Source: Eledone cirrhosa | Taxonomy: Eukaryota | Assembly: GCA_964016885.1 (NCBI GenBank) | Contig: OZ024743.1 | Span: 285,510,001 to 285,574,000, forward strand | Direction: 5' to 3' | Length of the DNA: 64,000 nucleotides | Shown here: positions 13,610 to 24,661 of the stretch, in pieces | Numbering within the stretch: the stretch's first letter is position 1 | Layout: every line of letters begins with the position of its first letter | Translations under genes and position numbers: made by a program | Notes under the pieces: model-generated | The model's database searches: none | What the model was told of the DNA's origin: nothing | The model's input: the letters and a program-made list of their open reading frames with translations, nothing else

Positions 13610-13910
13610 GTAGATTATCAAATGAATAGATATACTCTACTACATGTATTGAACACTTTTTCTTCTTTTTTTGTGTGGAGTAAGAAACTCCTAGTCTTCA
13701 TTTAGACATCTCTCTAGGAGAAGGTCATTCTGATATAAAACCTGCGACTTCATTTGCATCCAATGATGTAGATCAGTTCTTCTTTTGGGGTAAATGCATT
13801 TGATGTTCAGAGAGTGGAATTGGCCCCATGCAAAGCCTTTCCTCACTTACAAAAGCTTCAAGCACAGGCTTTGCTTGATATGTGGCATTTTTTTGTGATG
13901 CACGGCATGG
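13610..13910 (-). pseudogene. Relic of a Penelope-like element GIY-YIG endonuclease
   Basis: Hand translation PCITKKCHIS...HGANST...FTPKEELIYIIGCK*SRRFYIRMT, then LERCLNE in a shifted frame; resembles the PLE motif C..C...FTC...NLIY.I.C..C...YIG.T...L..R.NEH; several stops. Confidence 0.6.
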
Positions 13911-14050
13911 CTGGCCATAGACAAGTCCCTAGCAGGACTAAATGGCCACGTCCATGATGCTCATGCTTAAGTATGAAGCGATGGTATTACTTAAAATCGA
14001 GTTGCAGCCATCATCCTCATCATCATGTGTGTCTGTATGTCAATGTTTAC

Positions 14051-14506
14051 TGCTTAAAAAAGCCCACATGGAATTAAAAGCACCCTTAACACAGGACAAG
14101 ATTAACCCAACATCAATGCTTCTGTCCATAGGTACCTCTAATTCTACTCCTGCAACTATCAACATCTTCTGCTAAATTAGCAACCCGAACATGATAACAA
14201 ATAAAAGGTTACAGGAATCTGTTACAACACTATAACTGTCAATTTTGATAGCCTGTTGACTCAGCTGGGGGAAGACTCTCTTCTTCCAACTCATTTTCCA
14301 CATTCATCAACCTATCATAATAGCAATTTCAGGCCACTTTCTTCTGAGCATCAGTGATGTTATAGGCACAGTGTCATTTCAAGTACACTTTTCCCCAATA
14401 ATATCTTTTTCATGGAACACTGTTTAGTGATTCAGGACAACTCACGTTTCTAATCCTCATGTCTCAAGCTTTCAGCAAGCCTTCTGCTTTCAGCTTCTTT
14501 GTGTAC
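14051..14506 (-). mobile_element. Old RTE fragment (endonuclease-RT linker region)
   Basis: Translates to KEAESRR...RHED.KRE...YDRLMNVENELEEESLPPA, similar to REAEERK..REDQKREV..YERLLNEENKWEKDSLP of the other RTE copies. Confidence 0.65.
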
Positions 14507-15990
14507 TGACAGAGTCCCACGCACCTTAATCTGGTAGGCTCTTAGAAAAGTAGGAGCGGAAGAATGACTTGTGAGAGCTATAGAAGCCATGTATAGAGGA
14601 ACAGTCAGCAATGTTAGAATTAACGAAGAATATAGTGATGAATTTAGCATAATGGTAGGGGTACACCAGGGCTCTGTTCTTAGCCCCTCCTCTTTATTAT
14701 TGTCCTACAGGCTATAACAGAAGGGTTTAAGACTGGCTGCCCATGGGAATTACTATATGCAGAGGACCTAACTCTCATAGCTGAATCTATGGCTGAACTA
14801 GAGAGGAAGTTCCAAACATGGAAGTATAGCCTTGAATCAAAAGGCCTTAGAGTCAACTTGTCTAAGACTAAGGTTCTAGTATGCAGAAAGGAGAATAGGG
14901 CACAGGTACCCTCTGGGAAATGGCCATGCTCAGTGTGTAAGAAACTTGATTTTATGTCCCAAATGCTAAATATGGGTGCATAAAAGATGTAGTGGGATTA
15001 GAGGTAAGCTATCTAAGAATGTAGATTTTATATATTGCCGATGCTCAGGTACACTAAGTAGCAAGGACCCACTGGAGGATATCTCCTTCAACTGCCCAGA
15101 TGGTTCTATAGAATAGTAGACACCTTCCGTTACCTGGGTGACAAAATCAGTAGTGGAGGAGGGTGTTCTGAAAGTGTAGTAGCCAGAGTTAGAACGGGAT
15201 GGAAAAAGTTCAGAGAGCTAATGCCGCTGTTGGCCACAAGGGGTTTTTCTCTAAAAATGAAAGGCAGATTGTGTGATGCATGTATACGAACGGCGATATT
15301 ACATGGTAGTGGGACCTGGGGATTGTGTGTTGAAGACCTGCGTAGCTTAGAAAGAAATGAAGCTTGCATGCTCCGATGGATGTGTAATAGTAACGTGTGC
15401 GAAAGGCGAAGCATAAAGGAACTAAGAGGGAGACTAAGCATAAGGGGTATCAAATGTTGTGTTCTGGAGAGAAGATTGTGTTGGTATGGACATGTGATGC
15501 GTATGAAGGACGACAGCTGTATAAAAAAGTGCAGGGCAATGAAATTTGATGGAAGCTGCAGAGTGGATAGATAGACCAAGAAGAACCTGGGACGAGGTGA
15601 TAAAAACTGACCTTGCCAACCTTCACCTCTCTAAGACAATGACACTGGATCGAGACCTTTGGCGCCATGCAGTTGTACAGAAGACCCGACTGCCATTGCA
15701 TAGAAACTTACAGTCAGTAGGCTAATGTACACCTCACCGCCACACCCTCCCTCTCCCGTTCCATCCACTGTGTTGACACAACAGTCCACTGTGTTGACAA
15801 AACAGTCCACACTGTAAGGTGGCCATGTAGGAGACACGGTGAAAAGGCTCCCAGTCCACACTGTAAATGTGGTTGTTGCTAGGAAGGGCATCCAGCTGTA
15901 AAAAAAACCTGCCAGAGACGCTTCCGTGCGAGCGAGACATGGTCTCCCAACCATTCTTGCATCAAATGGAACAAAACCGATGATGATGAT
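14507..15990 (+). mobile_element. RTE-clade LINE, 5'-truncated and decayed
   Basis: Starts at DRVPR, includes GKWPCSVC finger, ERNEACMLRWMC, 3'UTR ggaagggcatccagctgtaaaa, (GAT)n tail; many stops and frameshifts. Confidence 0.9.
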
Positions 15991-16704
15991 ATATATATAG
16001 GAAAGTAAAAAACAACAACAACACAGGGGTACAAGTTACGAAAGGTATTAGGTTCAAGCTTAGTGTGAGTGGGGAAAAGAGAGAAAGGGAGAGAAAGGAG
16101 GAGGGGGAGTAGGTAGATAGATAAATAGATAGCGAGTGACAGAGACAGACACATACAGACAAAGATAGAGACAGTATTATTGATAGAGAACATTTTAAAA
16201 CATTTGCTTTTCCTTCCTCTTCCCATCCTTCTTGTTTAATATTTGTGTTCTAAGGATTCTAAACAAAAAATCTAAGAACAGTTTTGATAGTGTTTGTGTG
16301 ATAGACAGACAAAAAGGCTTTTCAGCTAATATAGATTGTTCAACAAGTCTTCAAATGAAGTTTCATTTGTGTTAGAAACACCTGGTGCATCATTATTTTC
16401 ATAACCATGTATGTCTGTTTGTATGTCTGTTTATTAGCTGTTAGTAGTTTTTCTTTTTTGTATTTTTCGTTTTTAAAAACTATGTTTCTATTTGTTCTGT
16501 TTTATTTTTCCACATGTTTGTTGATGGTAGGTGTATTTGCAACTACTCCTATAGTTATCTCTTCCTTCTACTCCAGTATAGGAATCAATGTTGAATTATG
16601 AGTAAGTGAACAGTTTACAAATCTTGCAACATAAATGTTCAAGACAAATTGTTGTTGTTAGATGGCATTGACCATATTCATGATATTTTGATCTTCAAGA
16701 CAGT

Positions 16705-18262
16705 ATCATCATCACCGTTTTACGTCCGTTCTTCCACGCTAGCATAGGTTAGACGGGTTGTCCTGTTGTGGGCAGTGTCTGGTCGGCTGACCATGCCTTG
16801 CTCATACAGGAACTGATCTGGCTTGATTTCTACAGCTGGATGCCCTTCCTAACACCAACCTCATTTACAGTGAGTGCTGGGTGCTTTTTCGTGGCGCCTA
16901 CACGTCCACTTTACAGTGTGGGCTGGGTGCTTTTATGCCGTGGCACCTCCACGACCACCTTGCGGTGGGGGGAGTGGGCGCATATTGTTTATATGCTTCA
17001 GCATGTACCCATGGGAGGTCGGGTACCCTGTATTACTGCGTGATGCCAGAAGTCACGGTCGTGTGTCATTGTCTTTGAGAGGTGTAGTTGGGTAAGGTCG
17101 GCTTTTATCACCTCATCCCAAGTCATCTTGGGTCTCCCCACTCCGCGGTTGCCATCAACTTCTAGTGCTCTGCACCTTTTTTATGCAGCTGTCATCCTTC
17201 ATACGCATCACATGTCCATACCAGCGTAACCGCCTCTCCTGCACGCAGCATTTGATTCCTCTTATGCTCAGTCTCTCTCTCAATTCCTTTATGCTTTGTC
17301 GTTCACGTATATTACTGTTACACATCCATCGGAGCATGCAGGCTTCGTTTCTCTCTAATCTACGTAAGTCTTCCACCTTCAGCGCCCAGGTCTCACTACC
17401 ATGCAACATCGCTGTTCGGATACACGCATCATACAGTCTGCCTTTCATTCTGAGGGAGAAGCCTTTTGCAGCTAGCAGTGGTAGTAGTTCCCTAAACTTC
17501 TTCCATCCCGTTCTTACCCTAGTTATTGTACTTTCTGAGCACCCACCTCCGTTGCTAATTCGGTCACCTAGGTAGCAGAAGCTGTCTACTGTTTCTACAG
17601 GGCCCTCCCAGAGATTGGTGGTACTTGTTTCCTGTGGCTGTTTGCTTGCTGTTTCAGCACAGCTGCTGCATGTGAATCCTACATTCTTAATTAAGCTTCC
17701 TGAGATCCCGCTACATCTCTTGTGTACCCATTGTTTGCATTTGGGGCAGAGAATGGAGTTCCTACCTACACCTTTCCTACATACTGAGCAAGGCCATTTC
17801 CCTGAGGGGATCTGGGTTCTGTTTTCTCGCCTACTTACAAGGACCTTAGTCTTTGTCATGTTGACTTTGAGGCCCTTTCTCTCTAGTCCCTGCTTCCAGG
17901 TTTGGAATTTATTCTCTAGTTCTACCATAGATTCAGCTATGAGTGCGAGGTCATCAGCATACAGGAGTTCCCATGGGCATCCGGTCTTAAACTCCTCCGT
18001 TATTGCCTGCAGGACTATGATGAACAGGAGAGGGCTAAGAACAGAGCCCTGGTGGACCCCAACCTGTACGCTAAATTCCTCGCTATACTCATTGCTAATC
18101 CTAACTTTGCTGACTGCTCCCCTATACATGGCTTGTACCGCTTTCACAAGCCATTCATCTACTCCTAGTTTTCTAAGAGCCCACCAGATTACTGCACGTG
18201 GAACTCTGTCAAAGGCTTTCTCAAGGTCGACAAATGCCAAGTAGAGTGGCTTACTTTTAGAG
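16705..18262 (-). mobile_element. RTE-clade LINE, 5'-truncated, relatively young subfamily
   Basis: 361-aa ORF 17155-18240: AFVDLEKAFDRV, GVHQGSVLSP, YADD, PHD-type finger; its 3'UTR matches the SINE family 2 tail. Confidence 0.93.
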
Positions 18263-18398
18263 TATATTTTGTTATTTTTCCAATTTCTTTCAAAGTTATA
18301 TTGCCGTCTCCTGAGTTAGTAACATCAATAATCTGGCATTCATACCTAGTTCTGTTTCTTTCTAAGATGAAATATTTGGGGGGAAAAGCTTCTGTCAG

Positions 18399-18670
18399 TG
18401 TTGACTGCTTAAAAAAGCCATATGGAATTAAAGCACCCTTAACACAGGACAACATCACTACTTCTAATTCTACTCCTACAACTACCAACATCTTCAGCTA
18501 AATTAGTAACCCTGACATGATAACAAATGAAAGGTTTGAACTCAGACAGGAATCTGTTACAACATTATAACTGTTAATTTCGATAGACAGTCCCTCTGTT
18601 GAGTCAGCTGGGGGAAGACTCTCTTCTTCCAACTCATTCCCAACATTCATCAACCTATCATAGTAGCATT
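18399..18670 (-). mobile_element. Old RTE linker fragment, paralogue of 14051-14330
   Basis: Shared blocks gcacccttaacacaggacaa, caggaatctgttacaaca, cagctgggggaagactctcttcttccaactcatt. Confidence 0.65.
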
Positions 18671-18852
18671 TCCAAACTGTGGTTTGTCAAAACCAAAGTG
18701 GATATACAGACGTTTCAAAACTTTGCTTTAGTTGAATATTCCTCCAAAATTTTAATTTTTTAAAATTAAATATTGTTATCCAAAAGTAGTGGTAGATGTG
18801 AAGTGAAGACATTCATTAAAGCCAAGCATAATTAATAATAATAACAAGTGGT

Positions 18853-19062
18853 TTTAATTTAGGTAGAAGGCCAGCAACTTATTTGAAATGGGAATAATGG
18901 TGATTAAATCAACCTTAGTATTTATCTGGTACTTTATTTTATTGACTTTGGAAGGATGAATAGCAAAGTTAACCGTGGGATTTGAACTCAGAATGTAGAG
19001 AGCCATAACTAGATACCGCAAGGTATTTTGTCTGGTGCTCTCACAATTCTGCCAATAATGTA
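18853..19062 (-). mobile_element. Diverged SINE family 1-related copy
   Basis: ggtactttattttattgac...ggatgaatagcaaagttaacc...ggatttgaactcaga is the reverse of the SINE core and B-box. Confidence 0.7.
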
Positions 19063-19271
19063 ACACTGACAGAGAATATTTCAAATGATGGAAATGTAGA
19101 AATTATGCAAATATTGGGTGTGTTAACTAATATATAGGAATTGTTTCAGGGTATGATTTAAAAACCAATTATCCAAATTAATGCTTAATGGGACTATACT
19201 TAAAATAATTGTTTCTTTCATGGACATGAAATCTGAGGCCGTGCTTGTTGTTATTATTGGTTTTGTTATAG

Positions 19272-19625
19272 GGCGGTGAATTGGCAGTATCGGTAGAGGG
19301 TTGGACGCCATGCTTTCCAGCATAGTTACGTCCCTTTACGATCTGAGTTCAAATCCCGCCGAGGTTGACTTTGCCTTTCATCCTTACGGGGTCGATAAAA
19401 TAAAGTACCAGTAATGCACTGGGTAATTGCTGGTCTTGTGCCTAAAGTAGAAACAAGTATCGGTAGAGGGTTGGATTATGCTTTCCAGCATAGTTACGTC
19501 CCTTTACAATCTGAGTTCAATTCCCGCCGAGGTTAACTTTGCCTTTCATCCTTACGGGGTCAATAAAATAAAGCACCAGTAATGTACTGGGATAATTGCT
19601 GGCCTTGTGCCAAAAAGTAGAAACA
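19272..19625 (+). mobile_element. Head-to-tail SINE family 1 dimer within a single 19-bp TSD
   Basis: Monomer 1 at 19272-19456; monomer 2 from 19457 lacks the first ~15 nt; TSD attattggttttgttatag at 19253-19271 and 19626-19644. Confidence 0.88.
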
Positions 19626-20072
19626 ATTATTGGTTTTGTTATAGATGATGATTTAAAAGATTAGTAGTCCCAGCCAGCTCTACTTTAGTAGATCTGTGGC
19701 ATGGAGGATGGTGTTAGCTGTTCAAAGAATATTCAATCAACATTATTGTTTTTAAAATGTACATGTAAATCTCTTTGAATTTCTGAAGGACTTTTAACCT
19801 CTTTGAATTGAAAATTGGACCTACTATTTTTATGAGATACAAAAACAATAATAGTATTGTGATATAAAATCATAAAAATCGTCTGAATAGACAAAGAAAA
19901 GTATTGACTCTGTCTTTTTTGTGTGTGTGTCATGATATAGAAGAAGGGAGGGCAGTACCATAACCTTTTTCAGAGCCACCATGACTAGTGGGAGGAAGGG
20001 AGGAAGCAAGGAAGCTATCTCATACAAAAGACCTGAACCAAATGTTTACTTGCAACAGAATAGTCTCTACTA

Positions 20073-20511
20073 CAGGGGCGGTGGAACTAGCCCCCTTCCC
20101 CCAATAATTATATTTTCTCCCCAAACTACCAAAACACACATCTATTTGTATATGCGCTACAGTTTATGTACATGTTATGTTTATCGCATATCAAAGTTTT
20201 TTTTATATCTTGGGTGATATTTGATAATAACACTGTAATATATTATGTTAACCTTCATAGGAATTTTTTTGTCATGTCATAACTTTTTCTCCACATATCA
20301 CTATTTGCCAATTGCTAATGTATTCAGAGACAGATTTCATAGGTCATTTTGCTATAATCACTTTATAATTATTGAAAGCTGTAAATGTAATATGACCTGC
20401 TTAGACTTAAATTTTCTGACAATTTTAGAGTGCAAAGAGCTAATCACTACAACTAAATTGACCAAATTTGCAACCCCCTCCCCCAGTTCAGAAATGCTTC
20501 CACCACCCCTG
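20073..20511. mobile_element. MITE (non-autonomous DNA transposon)
   Basis: TIRs caggggcggtggaa / ttccaccacccctg (1 mismatch in 14); ACTA on both flanks; superfamily uncertain. Confidence 0.6.
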
Positions 20512-21905
20512 ACTAACAACAACCACAAAGCAGGTGATGGTGTTGAAATAAGCATTAGATTATAAAAAAATATACATGTAATTTTTTCATATTTAAGATA
20601 TAGAAAAGCCATGTTGTAATTATAAAGGTCAAGACCATGGATTAACTTCAGTTTCATAGTGTTCAGTAAATGATACCCCCCCCCCCCCCCTCCTGTTTAG
20701 AATGCCTATATAACGTTCACATATAATTTGGTATCTTCTCCCTGCAGTTAAGAGAACTAGGTTAAGAGTACTGCCCAAATGAAAAACAAAATACTTGAAA
20801 AGGATTTGAACTCAAGAGCTATCTACTAGTTGTTCAATACTCTAACCACAAGCAACTTCAAGTCTACATTCTAATCAAAGCCCTTCATTACATTATAATT
20901 GTGGAGTATGCTCTCCTAAAATCTTATACTCAAAACATATGGTCTTTGGTGAATTTCTATAGAAGATCTATTTATAACTGTTTTAACTTGCACATGCACG
21001 ACTATGTATGTACAGATTAAAAACATACACACAGTTTCTTACACAGATGACATCACAGTCATAACTTCCTACCACTTCTCAGATACAGCTATGCAACTTC
21101 TCCAAATCTAACATGAACAACCTGTTAGATCAAGAAGCATGTTAGGTCTACCACATACCTATGGAATTTCTTTGCCCCTTCATTCCTGTTGGATTGACCA
21201 TTGCATTGAAGACATTTTCCAATCGATATACAAAATTCAGTCTCAATCCAAGGATGCAATTGCTCTATATCAAGGAAACAATCTTCTACTCCTCCCTCTC
21301 TTTTCTTGGACAACAGTTAAAGCCCCTAAAACCATCTAGTACAAAGGTTCTCAACCCATTTCGGCCAAACACCCCCTTTTGCTCCTGGAAATTACACCCC
21401 CCCCCCATATTTTTCCATTTTTCAATATACTACTGATTTTGATATCAGTAGATTACTGGGCCAAATAAAGTTATGTTAGAATCTTTAAAAAAATCTTTAA
21501 AAAATACTCGTACGAATTAAATACAAAAAAGTTTGAGTCCAAAACAAAAGCAAGCTATTTCAAATTATATATTTTTGAAAAATAGACGTGAATGTTCTCA
21601 AAGATTTGATCTCAGTCGAAAAAGCCTTTTTTTTAAAAATTCTATATTTCACTGTTAGCTGTTGTAATATTTTGAGTGGATAGACAATTCTACAATTTAA
21701 ACTGTAAAGTCAAAATACAAAAGATGCAAAATATGAAGAATTTCTTACCTTTCTCTGGAATCACAAACTCAAGGGAAAAATAGTACCTTGTAAAATAAAG
21801 TGCCTCGATAAAAAAAAAATTGCAACGAAGGAATTGAGATGCTTAGTGACAGTGAGCAAACAATATCTGTATCCCTTATTTATATATATATATATACATA
21901 GATAG

Positions 21906-22190
<285 letters not shown>

Positions 22191-22307
22191 AACAAACTTG
22201 TGTCTGTGTGTGCCTTGTTTTTGGTACAGAAAGAATTTTGTCTTCAGTTTTTATTGCCACTGCTCTTTTCAACAACGTCAAATAACAACACCATATATAT
22301 ATATATA

Positions 22308-22408
22308 TCATCATCATCATCATCATCATCATCGTTTAACGTCCATCTTCCACGCTAGCATGGGTTTGGACGGGAATTTTCCCACTTGAGGCAAGATTGG
22401 TTGTCTTG
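22308..22408 (-). mobile_element. RTE 3' terminal fragment
   Basis: (CAT)n then cgtttaacgtccatcttccacgctagcatgggtttggacggg, the reverse of the RTE terminus. Confidence 0.8.
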
Positions 22409-22478
22409 CGAGAGAGAGACAGAGAGAAAGAGGGAGAGACAGAGAGAGTAAGAAATGTGTGTGTGTGTTTGGTACACG

Positions 22479-22516
22479 TCTATCTATCTATCTCTCTATC
22501 TATCTATCTATCTATC
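22479..22516. repeat. (TATC)n microsatellite, 5' flank (target) of the Tx1 array
   Basis: tctatctatctatctctctatctatctatctatctatc immediately before copy 1. Confidence 0.95.
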
Positions 22517-22750
22517 GAATCTAGCTGTCGTCTGTTCTACAGTGTGGATGTCATTCACTTCGCACAGAAGTTTTGTTCAAATTTATTGAGGAAATTTTGT
22601 GAGTTCAAACTTAATTTTGATACAATTGTGTAGCTTGACCCTCCGTCTGAACTGTCAGGCGGTGGGTCAGCTCATCTTTACCCCTCCTAGAGGTGAAATA
22701 ACCTGTTTTAAAAAAAATTTTGTGTAAAAAATTTCAATCGTCTAACAGAA

Positions 22751-24628
22751 ATGTTAAACGCAGCGAACGAAAATAGTGGTGGGGGGACAGCGGTAAGAGT
22801 TGTAAGCTCGCACGCTTTAGTCCTCCCTTCCTTCCCAACTAACGTCATAGAGAAGGAAGGAAAAATGAAAATAAAAACGGACGAATCTGCGGAGGAAAAA
22901 TTAAATGACGAAAACAACGGAAAAAAAAAATTTGAAAAATTGCATGACAATACTAATAACACAAACAAAGACACAACAAACAAAAAAATAACAGTTGAAA
23001 ATAACATCATATCAGAAAACAAAGCAGACGACAAGATTTCATTTGCACAGAAAACAAAGAAATCTTTGACTTATATAGCGGAAAACATTTCAGATGTGGT
23101 ACGAAGGATCACGGACGCAAAACAATACATAAGTGAAGGTGAGAATGGTATTTTATTGGTAAAAATGCCTCAAGAATTCACGAAAGACATTGAAAGCCGA
23201 ACGGTCAAGTTTCGGACCATCAACAACAGTACAAAAAAACCTGAACAGCCTTCTCAAGCAGATATCAAAACAGTACTCGCAGAAGTACTGAATGAAACAA
23301 CTTTCATAAGAAAAGACAGACTGTATGGAAGCCTAGCAATTATCATGAAGAACGAATCGGCGGCAAAAAAATGTGCTTTGTCACCGATTCGTTCGAAAAA
23401 TTTCACCTTTTATCCATCTTATATGGGGAAAAAAACTCAACGCATATGGCTGGATGCAATGATGCCAGATGTGGACTACTGCTGGCTCATAGCTGGCTTC
23501 ATCGATCCAGTGAATGACAACGTGATTTCCATTGGGAAAACCACAGGCAATGCGTTCAGTGGAACAGGTATAGAGCTGGTAGTACAAATGAAGCCTGAAC
23601 GCATCGCCCAAATACCCGACAGAATCCTATTAGAGGACCACGGGTATATAAACATTAGCGTGGAGGGGAGAAGGCCGTCCTGCCATATCTGTGCAGGCAG
23701 AGGGCACCTGAAGGCCGCTTGTCCCCAACTCAACAAAAAGAAAACCCTGCTACCAACACCAGCTCCACCACCACCACCACAACAGATAAACAAACAACAA
23801 AACTCAGTCCCACCCAACCCGTCCCTCAGTAACACCACAACACCACCACAACACAAACAGTCACAACACATTACCCCAAAACAAAATACAGGCCCACCCA
23901 ACCTCTCACTCAATAAAACAACACAACCACCGCAGACACAACACACAACACAGTCTAACATAGTGACATCCATCTCCCCCACAAAGAAAACCAACACGGA
24001 AACATTACCAGCAAACATACCTCTTCCCTCCAACACTGAAGATAACCCAACGAATTCGGAGGAAGAAACGGAGTCCTTCAGACAGATTAAAAGGAAAAAA
24101 AGAAAACATGTGCAAAACACACAAGGACAAACAACCCCCACCCAAATCGCAACACAATCTAACAAAACAGAAAACACCCCTCCAGCAACAAACAAAACCA
24201 AACCTGCCCCTCCCCTCTTCGAAACACTCACACCATCGGAAAAAAAGACATTACACTATACTTACATCAACAGAAACAATAATAAATTAAATGAACTCAT
24301 ATACAATAATCCTTCGGTACAAACCGAAGGTGTAAACTTTGTTTCATCAGAAAACCACCCACATTTAAAACTAATAAAAATCCCAATGAACCTCTACCAA
24401 AAACTAAAAAAGGATTTTAAGGAGGACGTAGGACCACCCTCTGTCAAACCCATAAACCGCGTCCTACTAAAAAGCTTTCCCCCTCCCCTTCCCCTCCCCA
24501 ACACAACTCCAAACACCCCAACCCCACCACACACCGACGACCCCACACCACCACAAGACACCCCTTCACCCAACAACCCCGACCCCATGGAAGTCGTGCA
24601 ACCCGAACCCCGGGAAGCGGAAAGGTAG
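22751..24628 (+). CDS. ORF1p, gag-like nucleic-acid-binding protein (625 aa)
   Basis: CCHC knuckle CHICAGRGHLKAAC (CX2CX4HX4C), long T/P/Q/N-rich linker, basic patch IKRKKRK; conserved with family B ORF1. Confidence 0.92.
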   Translation: MLNAANENSGGGTAVRVVSSHALVLPSFPTNVIEKEGKMKIKTDESAEEKLNDENNGKKKFEKLHDNTNNTNKDTTNKKITVENNIISENKADDKISFAQKTKKSLTYIAENISDVVRRITDAKQYISEGENGILLVKMPQEFTKDIESRTVKFRTINNSTKKPEQPSQADIKTVLAEVLNETTFIRKDRLYGSLAIIMKNESAAKKCALSPIRSKNFTFYPSYMGKKTQRIWLDAMMPDVDYCWLIAGFIDPVNDNVISIGKTTGNAFSGTGIELVVQMKPERIAQIPDRILLEDHGYINISVEGRRPSCHICAGRGHLKAACPQLNKKKTLLPTPAPPPPPQQINKQQNSVPPNPSLSNTTTPPQHKQSQHITPKQNTGPPNLSLNKTTQPPQTQHTTQSNIVTSISPTKKTNTETLPANIPLPSNTEDNPTNSEEETESFRQIKRKKRKHVQNTQGQTTPTQIATQSNKTENTPPATNKTKPAPPLFETLTPSEKKTLHYTYINRNNNKLNELIYNNPSVQTEGVNFVSSENHPHLKLIKIPMNLYQKLKKDFKEDVGPPSVKPINRVLLKSFPPPLPLPNTTPNTPTPPHTDDPTPPQDTPSPNNPDPMEVVQPEPREAER

Positions 24629-24661
24629 GTCTCTACACTCTCCTTTGGCTCTGCCGCCCAC

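Noticed and set aside
21159-21264. Possible minus-strand host exon (tag|agcaattgcatcc...ccatag|gtatgt); other acceptor-like sites at ~6251, ~57487 and ~63750
   Set aside because: No recognisable protein similarity or consistent multi-exon chain; needs RNA-seq
23476-24231. 251-aa antisense ORF and other short ORFs overlapping the Tx1 ORFs
   Set aside because: Shadow of the A/C-rich ORF1 strand; repeated only because the element is repeated; no comparable ORF in family B
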